64,000 nt of DNA from Squalus acanthias (lineage: Eukaryota): NCBI GenBank assembly GCA_030390025.1, contig CM059449.1:34658001-34722000 (forward strand), written 5' to 3'. Made by a program: the position numbers and the translations under genes. Every line of letters begins with the position of its first letter. Position 1 is the first letter of the stretch. Of the stretch, positions 61,976-64,000 are shown in pieces. Below the pieces are notes generated by a model. That model made no database searches. It had not been told where the DNA came from and saw nothing but the letters and a program-made list of their open reading frames with translations.

Positions 61976-63134
61976 CCAAACCGCACATTTATGTTGGACT
62001 GCTTTCTTTTTATTTTTCGTCCCGTTACTTCAAAAGACAAATTACACACACACATACACAGTTATAGCAATGCAAGATCAGTCTTTATTGAAATTTCACA
62101 CCACAACCAGTATGAGCTGCTGCTGAGAATCACATTTCACGATTCATGTGTGAGCTGCTAAACAGTCGTTCGCTCACATTTCTTAAAGCAAATTTCACCT
62201 TTGATCACCACGTGACATGCATACTACCAATAAATCATAGCAGCTGAAAAATGCATATAATTGCCAACAGAATAACAACATGAAACCCAACAGACATGCA
62301 CCTAACTGTTCTAATCATTTTATTGCCGTAATAAACTCCTCCCAATTCTCTAAACACAAGTGACGAAGCTGACATATTCCAGACCATTACAGATATGTCT
62401 GAATGACTCTTACACATTCTACTATTCCACTTTCCGTGTTTTGAAATCCCCTTACACCATTTACAACCCATGCTCAGCAGAAAACGGTCTTAGCTTTTAA
62501 CTCATCGTGTGCTGGTCTCACCGACAGCCCAGAAAGAACAATTCAGGTGCTCAGGTTCCCTCGTTCCCACAATTTACACACATGTGCAGTAAATTTGTGT
62601 TGGGTGTAAAATGGGCGCTCGAGCCGATCCCTTTGTTTCACGCCAGGTGTGCTAGTTTCAAATCTGCTGAATTGTATTTTCCCCTGTGAATATCTAACTC
62701 ATTGTTTTCACAGTATGTGAAAAAATCATTTTAAGAACTCCTTTGAAATCAATAGTTCAGGAAAGTAATTGCTACATTTTTTTTACAAAATAAAGATAAT
62801 CTGTTTTGGATCAAAATCCCTGAATGGAACCCTTGCTCCCAGTCTTGTTTATATTTGTATAATTTGTAAATTTTGCATGACGATTGTCAGCACTGTTGTA
62901 ATTTCCAGAACAAACATTCGTAAAGTTCTGATGCAAGGTCATCGAGCTGAACCATTAAATCTGTTTCTCTCTCCACAGAGGCTGCCTGACCTGATGGGTA
63001 TTCCCAGCATTTTCTGTTTTTATTTCAGATTTCCAGCATCCACAGTATCGTTCTTTTGTATTCGTAATATGCAGTGTATTTATTTTACTGGAACGGTGCT
63101 CCCTGGCCCACGTCTACAGCCCAATATATTTAAA

Positions 63135-63315
63135 AACAGATTATCTGGTCATTATCACGTTGCTTTTTGTGGGAGCTTGCTGTGCGGAAATTGTCTGCCG
63201 CATTCCCTACAATACAACAGTGACTACACTTCAAAATTACTTCATTGGCTGTAAAGCGATTTGGAACGTCCTGTGGTCATGAACGGTGCTGTACGAATGC
63301 AAGTCTTTCTTTTTT
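63135..63315 (+). mobile_element. SacSINE1-like SINE 3' half
   Basis: Reverse-complement match to 6057-6245, ending gaatgcaagtctttcttt. Confidence 0.7.
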
Positions 63316-63349
63316 TTCCTTTACCTGTCATCAGAATAAAACATCTCTG

Positions 63350-64000
63350 AAATTGGAACTGGTGCAGGCCAGTCAATCACTCGAGCCTGTTCCGCCATTC
63401 AATTAGATAATGGCTGATCTGTGTCTTAACTCCATCTATCCACCCGGGATCTGAATCCCTTAATACACTTACCCCCAAAAATCTATGAATCTCATTTTTT
63501 TTAATTTTCAGCTGGCCTAGGCTCAACAGTTTTTTTGGTGATCTAGATTTCCACTACCCTTTCTGTGAATAGGTGCTTCCTGACATCAACTATTAACAGC
63601 TAATCTGTTCTTTCTGTATTGTGACAGGAAGGAGCTGGAGCACTGGGACAGGCTCCACCTGAACAGGATTGGGACTAGAATCCATGGGGAAAGGATACCC
63701 AGGGCTGTGGATAAGGCTGTAAACTAGTAAGACAGGGGGAGGGCGATAAGAAATCATAGATGAGAGTAAAGTTAAGACCAAGGTAAGGAATAAAGATAAC
63801 ATAAACGGTCAGCGAACCTATATAGTTGTAGCACAGAAGTATAAAAGGAATGTTAAAAGTAAAATGAGAGGAATGACTAAAAAATATAATTAAATTGCCT
63901 GTAAAGCAATCCACACACCGTCTGGAATAAAACTGGGGAACTGGAGACAATAATTCGGAGTGAGGAATCAGGTACAGTAGAGATAACTGATTGATGGCTA
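63350..64000. mobile_element. CR1 fragments (minus-strand tail 63350-63590; plus-strand ORF1 end/ORF2 start 63620-64000)
   Basis: ctcgagcctgttccgccattcaattagataatggctgatc; WDRLHLNRIGT esterase C-terminal motif. Confidence 0.6.

Overview
Vertebrate nuclear DNA, almost certainly from a cartilaginous fish (shark-type CR1/L2/Tx1/Penelope LINEs, SacSINE1-like SINEs, GC-ended MITEs); most of the window is decayed transposable elements. Two gene families are interleaved. (1) Three minus-strand copies of a two-exon GPR139/GPR142-like class A GPCR: copy 1 (exon 1 2040-1971, exon 2 from 294 running off the window), copy 2 (intact exon 2 45475-44586, no recognisable exon 1 or promoter of its own) and copy 3 (exon 1 58294-58225, exon 2 56094-55181 with three nonsense codons). 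(2) Between them on the plus strand, an apparently complete six-exon non-classical MHC class I heavy-chain gene, join(27353..27404,31940..32200,36941..37216,37445..37711,40673..40780,42753..42829), 346 aa, with a CpG-island X1-X2-Y promoter, plus an upstream paralogous alpha1 pseudo-exon (19458-19717). The class I molecule has lost several peptide-anchoring residues and has an aromatic/hydrophobic groove and a YxxV tail. GPCR copies 1 and 3 share a conserved homeodomain/NKX/E-box promoter block. The best candidate for an undescribed system is this MHC-Ib-inside-a-receptor-array arrangement; any functional link is inference. All splicing, alignments and residue numbering were done by hand.
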